From contig CAVTLK010000005.1 of NCBI GenBank assembly GCA_963735595.1, positions 103,760-167,759 of the forward strand: a stretch of 64,000 nt of DNA, in the 5' to 3' direction. Made by a program: the position numbers and the translations under genes. Within the stretch, counting starts at the first letter, position 1. Every line of letters starts with the position of its first letter. The stretch comes from an uncultured delta proteobacterium (GTDB lineage Bacteria > Desulfobacterota > Zymogenia > Zymogenales > Zymogenaceae). Positions 9,443-19,876 of this stretch are shown in pieces. The notes beneath the pieces were generated by a model. That model had not been told where the DNA came from and ran no database searches. It worked only from the letters and a program-made list of their open reading frames with translations.

Positions 9443-11037
9443 AAAGCAACCTGCCTTATAAGGAGGTAGTACCATTGTTAACGGTTCAAATAGTAGTATC
9501 GGTTGTTGTCGGCATCGCCGCGGGTCTGATTCTCGGGTACCTCTTGAAAATGATCTGGGCCAAGAAGAAGATCGAGGCCGCTAAAGAGACGGCCTCCAAG
9601 ATCATAAACGAGGCGCACCGTCAGGCCGACTCCATCAAGAAAGAGGCCGATCTCTCGGCAAAAGATACCCTCTACCAGATGAAGAGCGAGTTCGAGCGCG
9701 AGACCAAGGAGAAGAAAAACAGCTTCCTGGTCCAGGAAAAGCGCCTTCTCCAGAAGGAAGAGAATATCGAAAAGAAGGTGGAGCAGATCGACCAGAAAGA
9801 GGCCGATCTCTCCAAAAAAGACCGGGCGTTAACCGCCCAGGCGCGGGTGGTCGAGGAAAAGGAAAACAAGTATAACGAAATGGTCGAGGAACAGAAAAAG
9901 GTCCTCGAGAGGGTCAGTGGGATATCCCGGGACGCGGCCAAAGAAGAGCTGGTTAAGATCATCGAGGACGACGCGCGGCACGAAGCCGCCAAGTCGCTCA
10001 GGAGAATCGAAGACGAGCTACGCGAAAACGCCGACAAGAAGTCCAAAGAGATCATTTCTACCGCTATCCAGCGATACGCCGGCGAGTATGTGACCGAGCG
10101 GACTGTCTCTATCGTAAGCCTGCCCAACGAGGAAATGAAGGGAAGGATCATCGGGCGCGAGGGGCGTAACATTCGCGCCATCGAGGCGGCCACAGGCGTC
10201 GACCTTGTCATAGACGATACCCCGGAAGCGGTTATCCTTTCTTCGCATAATCCGGTCCGCCGCGAGATCGCCCGGATAGCATTGGAGCGTCTCATGTCCG
10301 ACGGAAGGATCCATCCCGCCCGGATCGAAGAGATCGTTACCAAGGTCGGCGAGGAGCTCGAAAACGCCATCAGGGACGCGGGAGAGCGGGCCTGCTTCGA
10401 CCTCGGCCTGCACGGCCTGCATCCGGAATTGGTCAAGCTCATCGGGCGTTTGAAATACCGCACCAGCTTTGCGCAGAACGTCTATCAGCACTCGCTGGAG
10501 GTGGCCTTCCTCATGGGAATTATGGCCGCGGAGCTCAAGCTCAATATAAAACAGGCAAAGCGGGCGGGACTTCTGCACGATATCGGCAAGGCCGTCGACC
10601 ACGAGGTGGAGGGCCCCCATGCGACAATCGGGGCCGACCTTGCGCGGCGCTACGGGGAATCCCCGCGGATCATCCACACAATCGCGGCGCATCACAACGA
10701 CGAGGCGCCCGATTCGGTCTTCGCGGTGCTGATCCAGGCGGCCGATACGCTGTCGGCGGCGCGCCCCGGCGCGCGCAAAGAGATGCTGGAGACCTACGTA
10801 AAGCGCCTGGACGAGCTGGAAAGGATCACCCGTTCGTTTACCGGCATCTCCAAGACCTACGCCATCCAGGCCGGGAGGGAGCTTCGCATCATCGTATCGA
10901 GCGAGCAGATAACCGACGATGAGTCTCTCATGCTTTCCAAGGATATCGCCAAAAAGATCGAGAGCGAACTCACCTATCCCGGTCAGATCAAGGTTACCGT
11001 CATCAGGGAGACGAGGTCGGTCGAATTCGCGAAATAG
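9433..11037 (+). CDS. rny: ribonuclease Y
   Basis: N-terminal TM helix (LLTVQIVVSVVVGIAAGLILGYLL), a coiled coil, a KH domain (GRIIGREGRNIRAIE), and an HD domain (LLHDIGKAVDHE...HTIAAHH). A TTG at 9475 with AGGAGG 8 nt upstream is a likelier true start than the ATG at 9433. Confidence 0.9.
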   Translation: MFVKSNLPYKEVVPLLTVQIVVSVVVGIAAGLILGYLLKMIWAKKKIEAAKETASKIINEAHRQADSIKKEADLSAKDTLYQMKSEFERETKEKKNSFLVQEKRLLQKEENIEKKVEQIDQKEADLSKKDRALTAQARVVEEKENKYNEMVEEQKKVLERVSGISRDAAKEELVKIIEDDARHEAAKSLRRIEDELRENADKKSKEIISTAIQRYAGEYVTERTVSIVSLPNEEMKGRIIGREGRNIRAIEAATGVDLVIDDTPEAVILSSHNPVRREIARIALERLMSDGRIHPARIEEIVTKVGEELENAIRDAGERACFDLGLHGLHPELVKLIGRLKYRTSFAQNVYQHSLEVAFLMGIMAAELKLNIKQAKRAGLLHDIGKAVDHEVEGPHATIGADLARRYGESPRIIHTIAAHHNDEAPDSVFAVLIQAADTLSAARPGARKEMLETYVKRLDELERITRSFTGISKTYAIQAGRELRIIVSSEQITDDESLMLSKDIAKKIESELTYPGQIKVTVIRETRSVEFAK

Positions 11038-11214
11038 CCAATAGCCGGCCGGTCTCGACCGCGTCTATTCCCGGGCGACGTGCAGCCGGGCCCTGCCGGG
11101 ACGGACGGCCCGCTTCTGCAGTAATCAACCCGTTCCAAGGATCGGGAATAGCCGCGCCGAAGGTACGGCACGCCGTAAAACGGGGCCGATGCACGGGGGG
11201 GCGATAGGATCGGT

Positions 11215-12039
11215 ATGTTTGCTAATGGCTCGTATAACGATATCGTCCGGGTGTTATTTTTCGGAGACATCGTCGGCAAGCCCGGCCGGAGGGCCATGAG
11301 GCACTTCCTGCCGCGGCTTTCCGATACATACCGTGCGGACCTCGTGATCGCCAACGGGGAGAACTCCGCCGGCGGTTTCGGGCTCACCGTGGATACGGCC
11401 CGGGAGATGTTTGACGGCGGTGTGGACGTTATTACCACCGGCAACCACGTCTGGGATAAGCGGGAGATAATGGAGTATATCGACCAGACTCCGCGGCTGC
11501 TGCGGCCGGGCAACTACCCGGACGGGGCGCCGGGGGAAGGGACGGTAACGGTAAGGACTCCCGGCGGCCACCTGATATCGGTCATCAACCTGATCGGCAG
11601 GGTCTTCATGGGGCTCTTTGACGACCCGTTTGCACGGGCCGGCCGGGACGTTTCGCGGCTCTCCAAGGAGAGCCGCATTATTATTGTCGATTTCCACGGC
11701 GAAGAGACGCGCGAAAAGCAGGCCCTTGGCCATTTCCTTGACGGCTCGGTGAGCGCCGTCATCGGCACCCACACGCACGTCCAGACCGCCGACGAGCGTA
11801 TCCTGGGGGGCGGAACCGCCTTCATAACGGACGCCGGCATGACCGGGCCCACCGACTCGGTCATCGGGGTTAAAAAGGAGCGGGCCATCTCCCGCTTTCT
11901 TACTTCCATGCCCCAGCGGTTCGAGACGGCCAAGCACGCGGTGGAGGCCCAGGGGGTGCTCGTTACCATCGACACCAGAACCGGAAAATCATTGGATATC
12001 CTCAGATTCAAAGAGAAATACGAAGAAGGGAAAGCATGA
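11215..12039 (+). CDS. ymdB: YmdB-like metallophosphoesterase (2',3'-cyclic-nucleotide phosphodiesterase family, TIGR00282)
   Basis: The motifs [26 protein letters not shown] and [10 protein letters not shown] are typical of the YmdB family. Placement immediately after rny matches the Bacillus rny-ymdB pair. Confidence 0.85.
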   Translation: MFANGSYNDIVRVLFFGDIVGKPGRRAMRHFLPRLSDTYRADLVIANGENSAGGFGLTVDTAREMFDGGVDVITTGNHVWDKREIMEYIDQTPRLLRPGNYPDGAPGEGTVTVRTPGGHLISVINLIGRVFMGLFDDPFARAGRDVSRLSKESRIIIVDFHGEETREKQALGHFLDGSVSAVIGTHTHVQTADERILGGGTAFITDAGMTGPTDSVIGVKKERAISRFLTSMPQRFETAKHAVEAQGVLVTIDTRTGKSLDILRFKEKYEEGKA

Positions 12040-13259
12040 ACGATAAGCTCAACGAACAGATGGACCTCATTAATCGGGGCACGGTGGAGATTATCACAGC
12101 CGGAGAGCTGGAGAAAAAGATCAGCAAATCCATAGCGGAAAAGAAGCCGCTTACCGTCAAGACCGGATTTGACCCGACGGCCCCGGACCTCCACTTCGGG
12201 CATACGGTCCTGATCCAGAAGATGAAGCATTTTCAGGACCTCGGCCATCGGGTTGTCTTTCTTATCGGCGATTTTACCGGGATGATCGGCGATCCCTCGG
12301 GAAGGTCGTCCACACGCGAGCCGATGACGCGGCAGCAGCTGCTCATCAACGCGGAGACCTACAAAGAGCAGGTCTTCAAGATCCTCGATAAGGATAAGAC
12401 GGTCATCGCGTTCAACTCTACCTGGATGAATGAGCTGGGAATTGACGGCTTTGTCGAGATATCGGCCCAGATGACGGTAGCCAGGATGCTGGAGCGTGAG
12501 GATTTCAAGGCCCGATTCGTCAACAACCAGCCCATATCCATCCACGAGTTCCTCTACCCCCTCGTTCAGGGGTATGACTCGGTGGCACTCAAAGCCGACG
12601 TGGAGCTCGGGGGGACCGATCAAATATTCAACCTGCTGGTGGGGCGCGATCTTCAGAAGTATTTCGGCCAGCCCCCGCAGGTCGTCCTGACGGTACCGAT
12701 CCTGGTGGGTACCGACGGCGTAAAAAAGATGAGCAAGTCGGTCGGCAACTACATCGGAATCACGGAGCCGCCCGGCGAGATATTCGGCAAGGTCATGAGT
12801 ATCTCGGACGTGCTGATGATAAACTTCTACGAGCTGCTCTCAAATATCCCCACGGCGGAGTTCAACCGCCTGAAGGAAGATATCGCGCGGGGGACGAAAA
12901 ACCCGAAAGAGGCCAAGGAAGACCTGGCCGAGGAGCTGACCGCCCGGTTCTGGGGGAGTGAGAAGGCGCAGGAGGCGCGGCGGGAGTTCGGCAGGATATT
13001 TGCCGAGGGCAAGGTCCCCACAGACGTTCCCGAGATTATCTACCCGAAGAGCGGCGAGATCTGGCTGCCCCGGGTATTTACCGAAACGGGGACGACCGCT
13101 TCCACCTCCGAGGCCAAGCGGATGATCGCCTCCGGCGCAGTGTCGATCGACGGGCAGAAGATGACGGAAGAAAACGGCTTCTACAAGGCGGGAGAGAAGC
13201 ATATCTTCAAGGTCGGCAAGAAGAAGTTTGTCTCGATCGTTTTTAAGGAAGAAAAGTAG
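12036..13259 (+). CDS. tyrS: tyrosine--tRNA ligase
   Basis: Class I aaRS motifs HFGH (HIGH variant) and KMSKS, plus [13 protein letters not shown] and a C-terminal S4-like domain, in a 407-aa protein. Confidence 0.9.
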   Translation: MNDKLNEQMDLINRGTVEIITAGELEKKISKSIAEKKPLTVKTGFDPTAPDLHFGHTVLIQKMKHFQDLGHRVVFLIGDFTGMIGDPSGRSSTREPMTRQQLLINAETYKEQVFKILDKDKTVIAFNSTWMNELGIDGFVEISAQMTVARMLEREDFKARFVNNQPISIHEFLYPLVQGYDSVALKADVELGGTDQIFNLLVGRDLQKYFGQPPQVVLTVPILVGTDGVKKMSKSVGNYIGITEPPGEIFGKVMSISDVLMINFYELLSNIPTAEFNRLKEDIARGTKNPKEAKEDLAEELTARFWGSEKAQEARREFGRIFAEGKVPTDVPEIIYPKSGEIWLPRVFTETGTTASTSEAKRMIASGAVSIDGQKMTEENGFYKAGEKHIFKVGKKKFVSIVFKEEK

Positions 13260-13429
13260 GGGGGCTCCCGGTTTGCTGGCCGGGGCGTCCCAGGCCGGTA
13301 ATCTCACCTTGTCCCTAACCAGCACTCGAACGTCTCGTCCATAGATTCCAGCGTTGCCTGGGCGTCAGCGACAACAGCAGCTTTCCTTTTGCCGGGTCAA
13401 TGATCGGCTGGGGATAAAAGAGTATGTTG

Positions 13430-14275
13430 TTATCGGTCCCGACCGGGTAGATGCCCGCCCGCCTCAATAACCCCACCAGCGTCGACGTTGCCTCCGGGAG
13501 CCGAACCAGCCGCCGACGCGCTCTCGTAAGCCTCGAAGAGAAAATCACCGATCTCCCGTTGACTTATGACGTCCTCCGCCGCGACGTTGAGGATCAGGCA
13601 GCGTTCGTCCCTCAGGAGGATCACCCGGGCCATCGCAGAGGCGAGGTCTTCCACGTCGATATACTGCACGAGATTGCCGCCCTTCCCGATAATGTAGACC
13701 GGCTTTCCGTTCACCGCGCTTCTCAGGGAGAAATAGAGGGATGGGAACAGGTCCCGGGGTGTCCCCCATCCGATGACCGGGGGTGCACGTAGGATGACCA
13801 CCAGGAGATCACGCTCGGCGGCGGCGCCGATGAGGTGGTTTTCGATGGTCAGGTGCTCTTTTCCCATCGGAGTAAGGGGACGGCGTCTTTCTCCTTCTTC
13901 GATAAAGGTCTCGTGGGGCCTGCCGTAGACCTCCGATCCCGAGAGATAGACGAACGAGGAGACGCCGAGGTTCTCGGCAAGCGTCAGGAGCTTGATGGTC
14001 ATGGCCAGGGCCGAGGATAGTCCCGCCGTGTCCCGAGGTCTTTTCCGGCGATACTCTGAGCAGATGAAAGATATGATCGACGCCCCGGACCATGTCGGAG
14101 AGCAGGCCGGCCCGCATGATATCGCCGGACAGGTACTCCGCGTCGGCAACCGGATTGTCGACCGGGTCGACATCAAAACCCCGGACCGAAAAGCCGAGGG
14201 CTACGAGCCGTTGGATAAGGCAGCGGGCGATATATGATCCGGCGCCGGTAACTAAGGCTTTTATCGTCTTCCTCC
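13430..14275 (-). pseudogene. NAD-dependent epimerase/dehydratase family gene with an internal +1/-1 frameshift and no canonical start (likely sequencing artefact)
   Basis: The Rossmann N-terminus (KTIKALVTGAGSYIARCLIQRL...VDHIFHL) is read in one frame at about 14060-14275. The catalytic and C-terminal part (FVYLSGSEVYG...YIDVEDLA...LNVAAEDV) continues in another frame at 13430-14050. The junction is near 14030-14060. Confidence 0.55.
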
Positions 14276-14478
14276 ACTCCCGAAATCAGGGCGAGCGCGA
14301 CATACGCAGCAGGGCCCGCGGGGGCCTGCGGCTATATCGCGGATTGCCCGTGCTGACGGAAACCGGCTAAGCGATACAGCGAATTATAACTGCGGCCTTT
14401 TCCCGACTCGTTACCCGGTTCTTCCCGACGGGGAGACGGCGGCCGCGGTATCGACAGTCCATAAGGGGTCCGCAGCGG

Positions 14479-15613
14479 CTATTTATAGCTCCCGTACAGG
14501 ACAAACGGCGCCCAGAAGGCGGGATGCGCGAACCGGAACCGTCCCTTGTCTTTTTCAAAATCGATGATTCTCTTCTGGGCGAGTCTCAACGCCTCGGCCT
14601 TGTCGTTATCGGGCAGGTACGTGTAAAAGAAGTTCATCAGGTTTGAGGTCATCCCCTTGTCGAGCGTATAGAGGGGCGCGACAACCGCCGCCGCACCTGC
14701 CGTCAGGAAGGCGCCGGGAAAGCCCTCGGACGGGCTCCAGGTCAGCCCCGCGCGGTCGGCGGAGATCGTTACGAGGTCAACGTCGATCGTCATGGCGCCG
14801 ACCTCGGCAACCGTCAGGTTTCCATCGTCACCGCCCCCGGCGGTGAACAGTAACTTCGAGTTCTCGTCGGAGCCTGATTTGAACGGAGCTGTAGGTGGTT
14901 ATATGGAGGATCGAGACGGGGCCCTCCGCGAGCCCGGCCTTCAGCGCGGTCTCGGATCGCCGCCTCTCCCTCGTACAGTACCGTGCCGGGAACAAAGAAG
15001 ACGACGTCCTCCATCTCGGCCTGGGCCATCCGGAGGTCACCGTAGCCCGCGGGGTACTTGGCGTTACCGATGACGATGCCGCCGGTAAGCATCGATTTAT
15101 CGGTGGAAAGACAGCGGCCCATCAGGGAGACCGACGGCGCGTAGAAGAGGGCAAAGTCGTCGACCAGGAAAGCGGGGCCGCTTGGGGTCCTTTTTCGAGA
15201 CAAGGGCGCCGAAGGTAAAGCCGGCAGAGCTTCTTGCCCGGGACGATGCCCAGCCGCTCGATGCCCGCGAGATCGCCGATTACGGGTTTGATCAGGACGG
15301 CCCAGAGGGTGGCCGCCTCGTCCTGATAGGGGGTCATGGCGTTGAGGGATCCCATGATGTCGGAAAAGAAACCGATCTTTACCTCCAGCGGTTCGGCGGT
15401 CTTGCCAAGCTCGCGAGTGGTCACGCCGCCGCTCCTGACTACGTCGACCGTTCCTCCGCCCGCGTCATAGACCAGGACGGCGGTCTTCTCATCGAGCAGC
15501 GGCCGTATTTCGGCGTAGGGATCGGTATCCTCGGCCGCGGCAATCGCGGCAAGGCACGGAAAGACGAACAGGATCAGGACGGCTGCTGCGGCTATTTCTC
15601 TCATGGTTCTCAT
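14479..15613 (-). pseudogene. CHAT-domain protein gene split into three frames (two or more frameshifts)
   Basis: The N-terminal piece has a signal peptide (MRTMREIAAAAVLILFVFPCLAAIAAAED) with an AAGGAG RBS. The middle piece reads LVDDFALFYAPSVSLMGRC...VFFVPG. The C-terminal piece ends in the CHAT-typical HPAFWAPFVLYG. The pieces lie in different frames, overlapping at about 15122-15203 and 14793-14814. Confidence 0.5.
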
Positions 15614-15785
15614 GGGATCTCCTTTGCGCGGCCCGCAGGCTTGGCGATCGGCTGCGGGTTTGGGTTTGATCGTCAGCGTGGCAACGCGAAAACGCGAAAA
15701 ACGGCGCGGTATGGCTTTTACGCTACTGTGCATCGATGGTATATCAGAACAGGCATTCGAACGATCCGCACCGGCACGATCTCGT

Positions 15786-16717
15786 TTAATCCGTCCGCTT
15801 GACGGCCAGCATTCGATCCAGCGATCCCTTGGCGGCCTTTCTGATATCCGGGGCGACCGTCACCACATTTTTCATCTCCAGAAGGCAGTCGTAGATGTCC
15901 TGGAGCGTGGTCAGTTTCATATTCGGACAGATCATGTGAGACGCCGCGGGTACGAATTCCTTGTCCGGGTTATCTCTCTTGAGGGGATGGAGGATCCCCC
16001 TCTCGGTGCCGATAATGAATTTCTTGTAGGGCGTTTTCTTGACAAAATCGAGCATCCCCGAGGTGCTGGCAACCCTGTCAGCCATGTCCACGACCGAGGG
16101 ACGGCACTCCGGGTGGGCGATGAAAAACGCAGCCGGGATGTTTTGATTTCACGGCCGCCACCTCATCGGGGGTCAGGCGTTCATGGACGGGGCAAAAGCC
16201 GTTGTGCCAGTAGATCATTTTTTTCGAAAAACGGGCGGTATAGTGGGCCAGGTTACGATCCGGCGCCATGAGGACGGTGTCGGCATCCAGCGAATTGACG
16301 ACCGAAACCGCATTGGCCGACGTGCAGCAGATATCGGTGACGGCCTTGACATCGGCCGTCGAGTTGACATAGGTGACCAGCGGCGCCTCGGGGTGCTGCC
16401 GCTTAAAGTCGAGCGCGGCCTCCCGCGTGATCATGTCGGCCATGGGGCAGCCGGCGTCTTGACGCGGGATGAGGACGGTCTTGGTGGGGGAGAGGATCGC
16501 CGCGCTCTCGGCCATGAAGTGGACGCCGGCAAAGACGATAACCTCGGCCTCGGTGGCCGCGGCCTCGATAGACAGCCCCAGGGAGTCGCCCGTCAGGTCG
16601 GCAACGTCCTGAACCTCGGGCCGCTGGTAGTTGTGGGCAAGCAGAATCGCGTTTCTTATGGGCCAAAAGGTCCCTGATCTTGCGCTCGAGATCGTTCGTT
16701 TCTACGGCGGTCTCCAC
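15786..16717 (-). CDS. nadA: quinolinate synthase NadA, interrupted by two 1-nt homopolymer indels
   Basis: The N-terminus [28 protein letters not shown]...[11 protein letters not shown], the middle CPMADMI...[19 protein letters not shown], and the C-terminus [24 protein letters not shown]...MICPNMK are all NadA signatures. Frame breaks fall at about 16650 (A-run aagaaacg) and about 16100 (ccggctg). Probable GTG start at about 16717 with an AAGGGG RBS. Confidence 0.8.
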
Positions 16718-16867
16718 TTTTGCCCCTTTTACCCTCACAGTAATCTTGACAATGATTGGTAAGATATTATAATTAAATGGCTTTTTTGTCAAACAATTTT
16801 GAAGCGCGGCCCTCAATAGAGTCCGTTTACGCGGCGGAGGGCCGGCGCCGTCCGTTTAGGACAAGAT

Positions 16868-17959
16868 ATGATCAGCACCGTTTCCCTTCGTGGGCCCGTA
16901 TAGGGAGACCGCTAGCCCTCGGCCTCCTTTTTACCGCCATTGCCGGCTGCGCACGCCGTGTCTTCCGTCACAGAAACGCTCCCGATCGAAGAAAAGGCCC
17001 AACGACAGAGTATCATCGTCTCGTTTTCCAATCCCCCGGCCGAGATCATTCCCATCGAAAACGAGGCCGTAACCGAGGAAATCGAGACGCTCAAGAAATC
17101 CCCCCATTCCGTTGCGCGGTGGCTGGCAACCGCGGCACGATTCTCTCCGCTGATGAAAGGGGTCCTGAGGGCCCACGGGGTGCCTGAAGAGCTCATGTAT
17201 GTGGCGATCCTCGAGAGCGGTTTTGACCCGAAGGCGGTCTCGGTCAAGGGGGCGGGGGGGCCATGGCAGTTTATCCCCGGCACGGCCAAGGGCTTCGGCA
17301 TGGAAATGGACGACTGGGTGGATGAGCGGCGGGACTTCGAAAAATCGACGGTCGCGGCAGCCAAGTACTTCTCGGGGCTCTATTCATCGTTTTCCAGCTG
17401 GGAGCTGGCGCTGGCCGGGTACAACTGCGGCGGGGGGTCGGTGAACGCTGCCATCAAGGCGTGCGGGTCGGTCAACCTGTGGGAGATGGATAAGATGGGA
17501 AGGCTCAGCTTCCAGGCCCGGGGCTACGTTCCGCGGGTGCTGGCCCTCATTCTGATCATGGAGGACCCCGAGAAATACGGGTTTACCCGGCCTAAGGGCA
17601 TGGTGCCCCTTACCTACGACAAGGTCTACGTGCCGGGAGGGCTGCCGCTCTGGTTTTTTGCGAAATTCCTGGGGACGACCGAGAAGACAATGGCGTCCCT
17701 CAACCCGGAGCTCCTCAGGGGGGTTACGCCGCCGGGCGCAACCGACTATGAGCTGAAGATCCCGGCCGGCAAGAAACGGCTCTTTGCCGAAAAGTTCTCC
17801 GAGGCCTATGACGTACTACGGGGACGACCTGATCCGGCGTGGGGAGATAAAGAAGAGACCGGCCAAATAGGCGGATGCCCGATTCTCCTCAGTCCCGGCC
17901 CCTCCCCGCGGGACGTGTGCGCCGGCCGCGAGACCGGCCCTATCCCACAATCGGTATAA
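16868..17959 (+). CDS. lipoprotein lytic transglycosylase (SLT domain, MltD-like), frame breaks in the signal-peptide region
   Basis: SLT motif (ESGFDPKAVSVKGAGGPWQFIPGTAKGFG, AGYNCGGGSV). A lipoprotein signal (RPLALGLLFTAIAGC) lies in an adjacent frame and the ATG at 16868 in a third, implying one or two 1-nt indels around 16890-16955. The body at 16940-17959 is in one frame. Confidence 0.6.
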
Positions 17960-17975
17960 CCCAAGGAGCCATGCG

Positions 17976-19700
17976 ATGAGTTATCCGCGGCCCGATATAG
18001 AGAGAGAACGCTGGACGGCGCTGGACGGTACGTGGGAGTTCCAGTTTGACCCCAACGATATCGGCAAGAAAGAGGGCTGGTACAAGAAACGGCTGTCCGG
18101 GACCGTCCGGGTGCCTTACTGCGTCGAAAGCGAGGCCGCGGGACTCCCTCCTGGGAAATTCTACCCGGTTTTCTGGTATGCCAGGGAGTTTTCCCGCGCC
18201 CGGCTGCCAAAGGGGAAGCGGTTTTTTCTCAATTTCGGGGCCGTCGATTACGAGGCGGACGTCTGGATCAACGGCGGCTATTTGGGCCGTCACCGGGGCG
18301 GCTACACGCCGTTTTCCTTCGAGATCACCGATTTTATCGGGGAGAATAACCGGATCGCGGTGAGGGTCGCCGATTATCCGACCCGGCGGACGTTGAGGGG
18401 GAAACAGTACATTTACCGGTGGCTCTCGGCGGTCTTCTACACGCCGGTCAGCGGGATATGGCAGCCGGTCTTCATCCACGCTACCGGCGACTCGTGCGTA
18501 AAAAAGCTCGTCCTGCTGCCGGACATGGATCGGCTGACGGTGAGGGCCGATATCGACGCGCGGGGCGCGGTGTCTGCCCGGGTGCGGATCACCGATGACG
18601 ACGGCGCTACGGTCGCCGAGGAAAAACCGCCGATCGACGGCGGTCGGCTCGAACGGACCTTCGTTATCAAGAATCCGCGGCACTGGTCGGGGGAATCGCC
18701 CCACCTCTACCGGGTCCGGGTCACGCTCTACGGCGGCAGGAACGCCGTCAGCGACCAGGTAACGGCCGCCACCGGCCTCAGGAGGATAGAGACCAAGGGG
18801 GGAAGGGTCCTTCTGAACGGGAAACCGATCTACCTGAAGATGCTGCTTGTGCAGGGATACTACCCCGGCGGCCACTATACGCCGATGGACGAAAACCAGT
18901 TCGAGCAGGAGATCATCCGGTACAAGTCGCTGGGGTTCAACGGCATCAGGATGCACGAGAAGATCGAGGACCCGCGCTACCTGTCCTGCTGCGACAGGCA
19001 CGGGCTGCTGCTATGGGAGGAGATGCCCTCGCCGTTTCTCTTCGGGGGGCTGGACCGGGCGCAGTACGAGCGGGAGCTCGGCGAGGTCCTCGATCGCGAC
19101 GCCTGCCACCCGTCGGTCATGGCGATGGTCCTCTTCAACGAGACGTGGGGGATCTACGACCTCTTGTGGAGCAAGAAAAGACGGAGATTCCTCGAATCGA
19201 TGTACCGGCGGGTAAAGGAGTTCAACCCCGGTATCGCCGTCGTCGATAATTCGGGCTACGACCACCTGGTCACCGATATCGTCGATATCCACCACTACCT
19301 GAACACCGACGAGAAGATCCACGCCCTTTACCGGTTACTCGGGGACAAAAAACGGATGTCGCGGCAGTTTCTGCGGCTCGTAAAGACGGCGGTCAATATC
19401 GTCAAGACGCACGTCGTGGCGAGGGTCCCGTACCTGAGACAGGGGACCTACCGGGGGCACGAGCCCTTTATCGTCAGCGAGTTCGGCGGCGCGGGATACT
19501 ACACGGGGGCCGGGGCGTTCATGGAGAATTTCAGGCATAACGTTGAGCTGATGCGGGAATACCCGATCATCACCGGCTACTGCCTGACACAGGCATACGA
19601 CGTAGAGAACGAGAAAAACGGGATACTGAACTTCGACCGGTCGGAAAAATACCCGGCCAAGGACGTTAGGGCGATAAACGGGATGGTGGGGAAGAAGTGA
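17976..19700 (+). CDS. glycoside hydrolase family 2 protein (beta-galactosidase/beta-glucuronidase-like)
   Basis: GH2 N-terminal sugar-binding signature (LNFGAVDYEADVWINGGYLGRHRGGYTPFSFEIT) and TIM-barrel region (GFNGIRMHEKIEDPRYLSCCDRHGLLLWEEMP). AAGGAG RBS precedes the ATG. Confidence 0.8.
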   Translation: MSYPRPDIERERWTALDGTWEFQFDPNDIGKKEGWYKKRLSGTVRVPYCVESEAAGLPPGKFYPVFWYAREFSRARLPKGKRFFLNFGAVDYEADVWINGGYLGRHRGGYTPFSFEITDFIGENNRIAVRVADYPTRRTLRGKQYIYRWLSAVFYTPVSGIWQPVFIHATGDSCVKKLVLLPDMDRLTVRADIDARGAVSARVRITDDDGATVAEEKPPIDGGRLERTFVIKNPRHWSGESPHLYRVRVTLYGGRNAVSDQVTAATGLRRIETKGGRVLLNGKPIYLKMLLVQGYYPGGHYTPMDENQFEQEIIRYKSLGFNGIRMHEKIEDPRYLSCCDRHGLLLWEEMPSPFLFGGLDRAQYERELGEVLDRDACHPSVMAMVLFNETWGIYDLLWSKKRRRFLESMYRRVKEFNPGIAVVDNSGYDHLVTDIVDIHHYLNTDEKIHALYRLLGDKKRMSRQFLRLVKTAVNIVKTHVVARVPYLRQGTYRGHEPFIVSEFGGAGYYTGAGAFMENFRHNVELMREYPIITGYCLTQAYDVENEKNGILNFDRSEKYPAKDVRAINGMVGKK

Positions 19701-19876
19701 TACCTTGGCCACACGGAAGCGCGTACGGGTGCGCCCCGTCTATTGCGGCCGGAGAACGGGAGCTTTGTAACGGAACTCGCGAAAACAACATAAGAGGAAT
19801 GCGCTACAACGCGTTTCGCCGGTAACGGGTGAGCGCGCGCCTGCGGACGGACTGTCGGGGCGAGATCGCCTGATCC

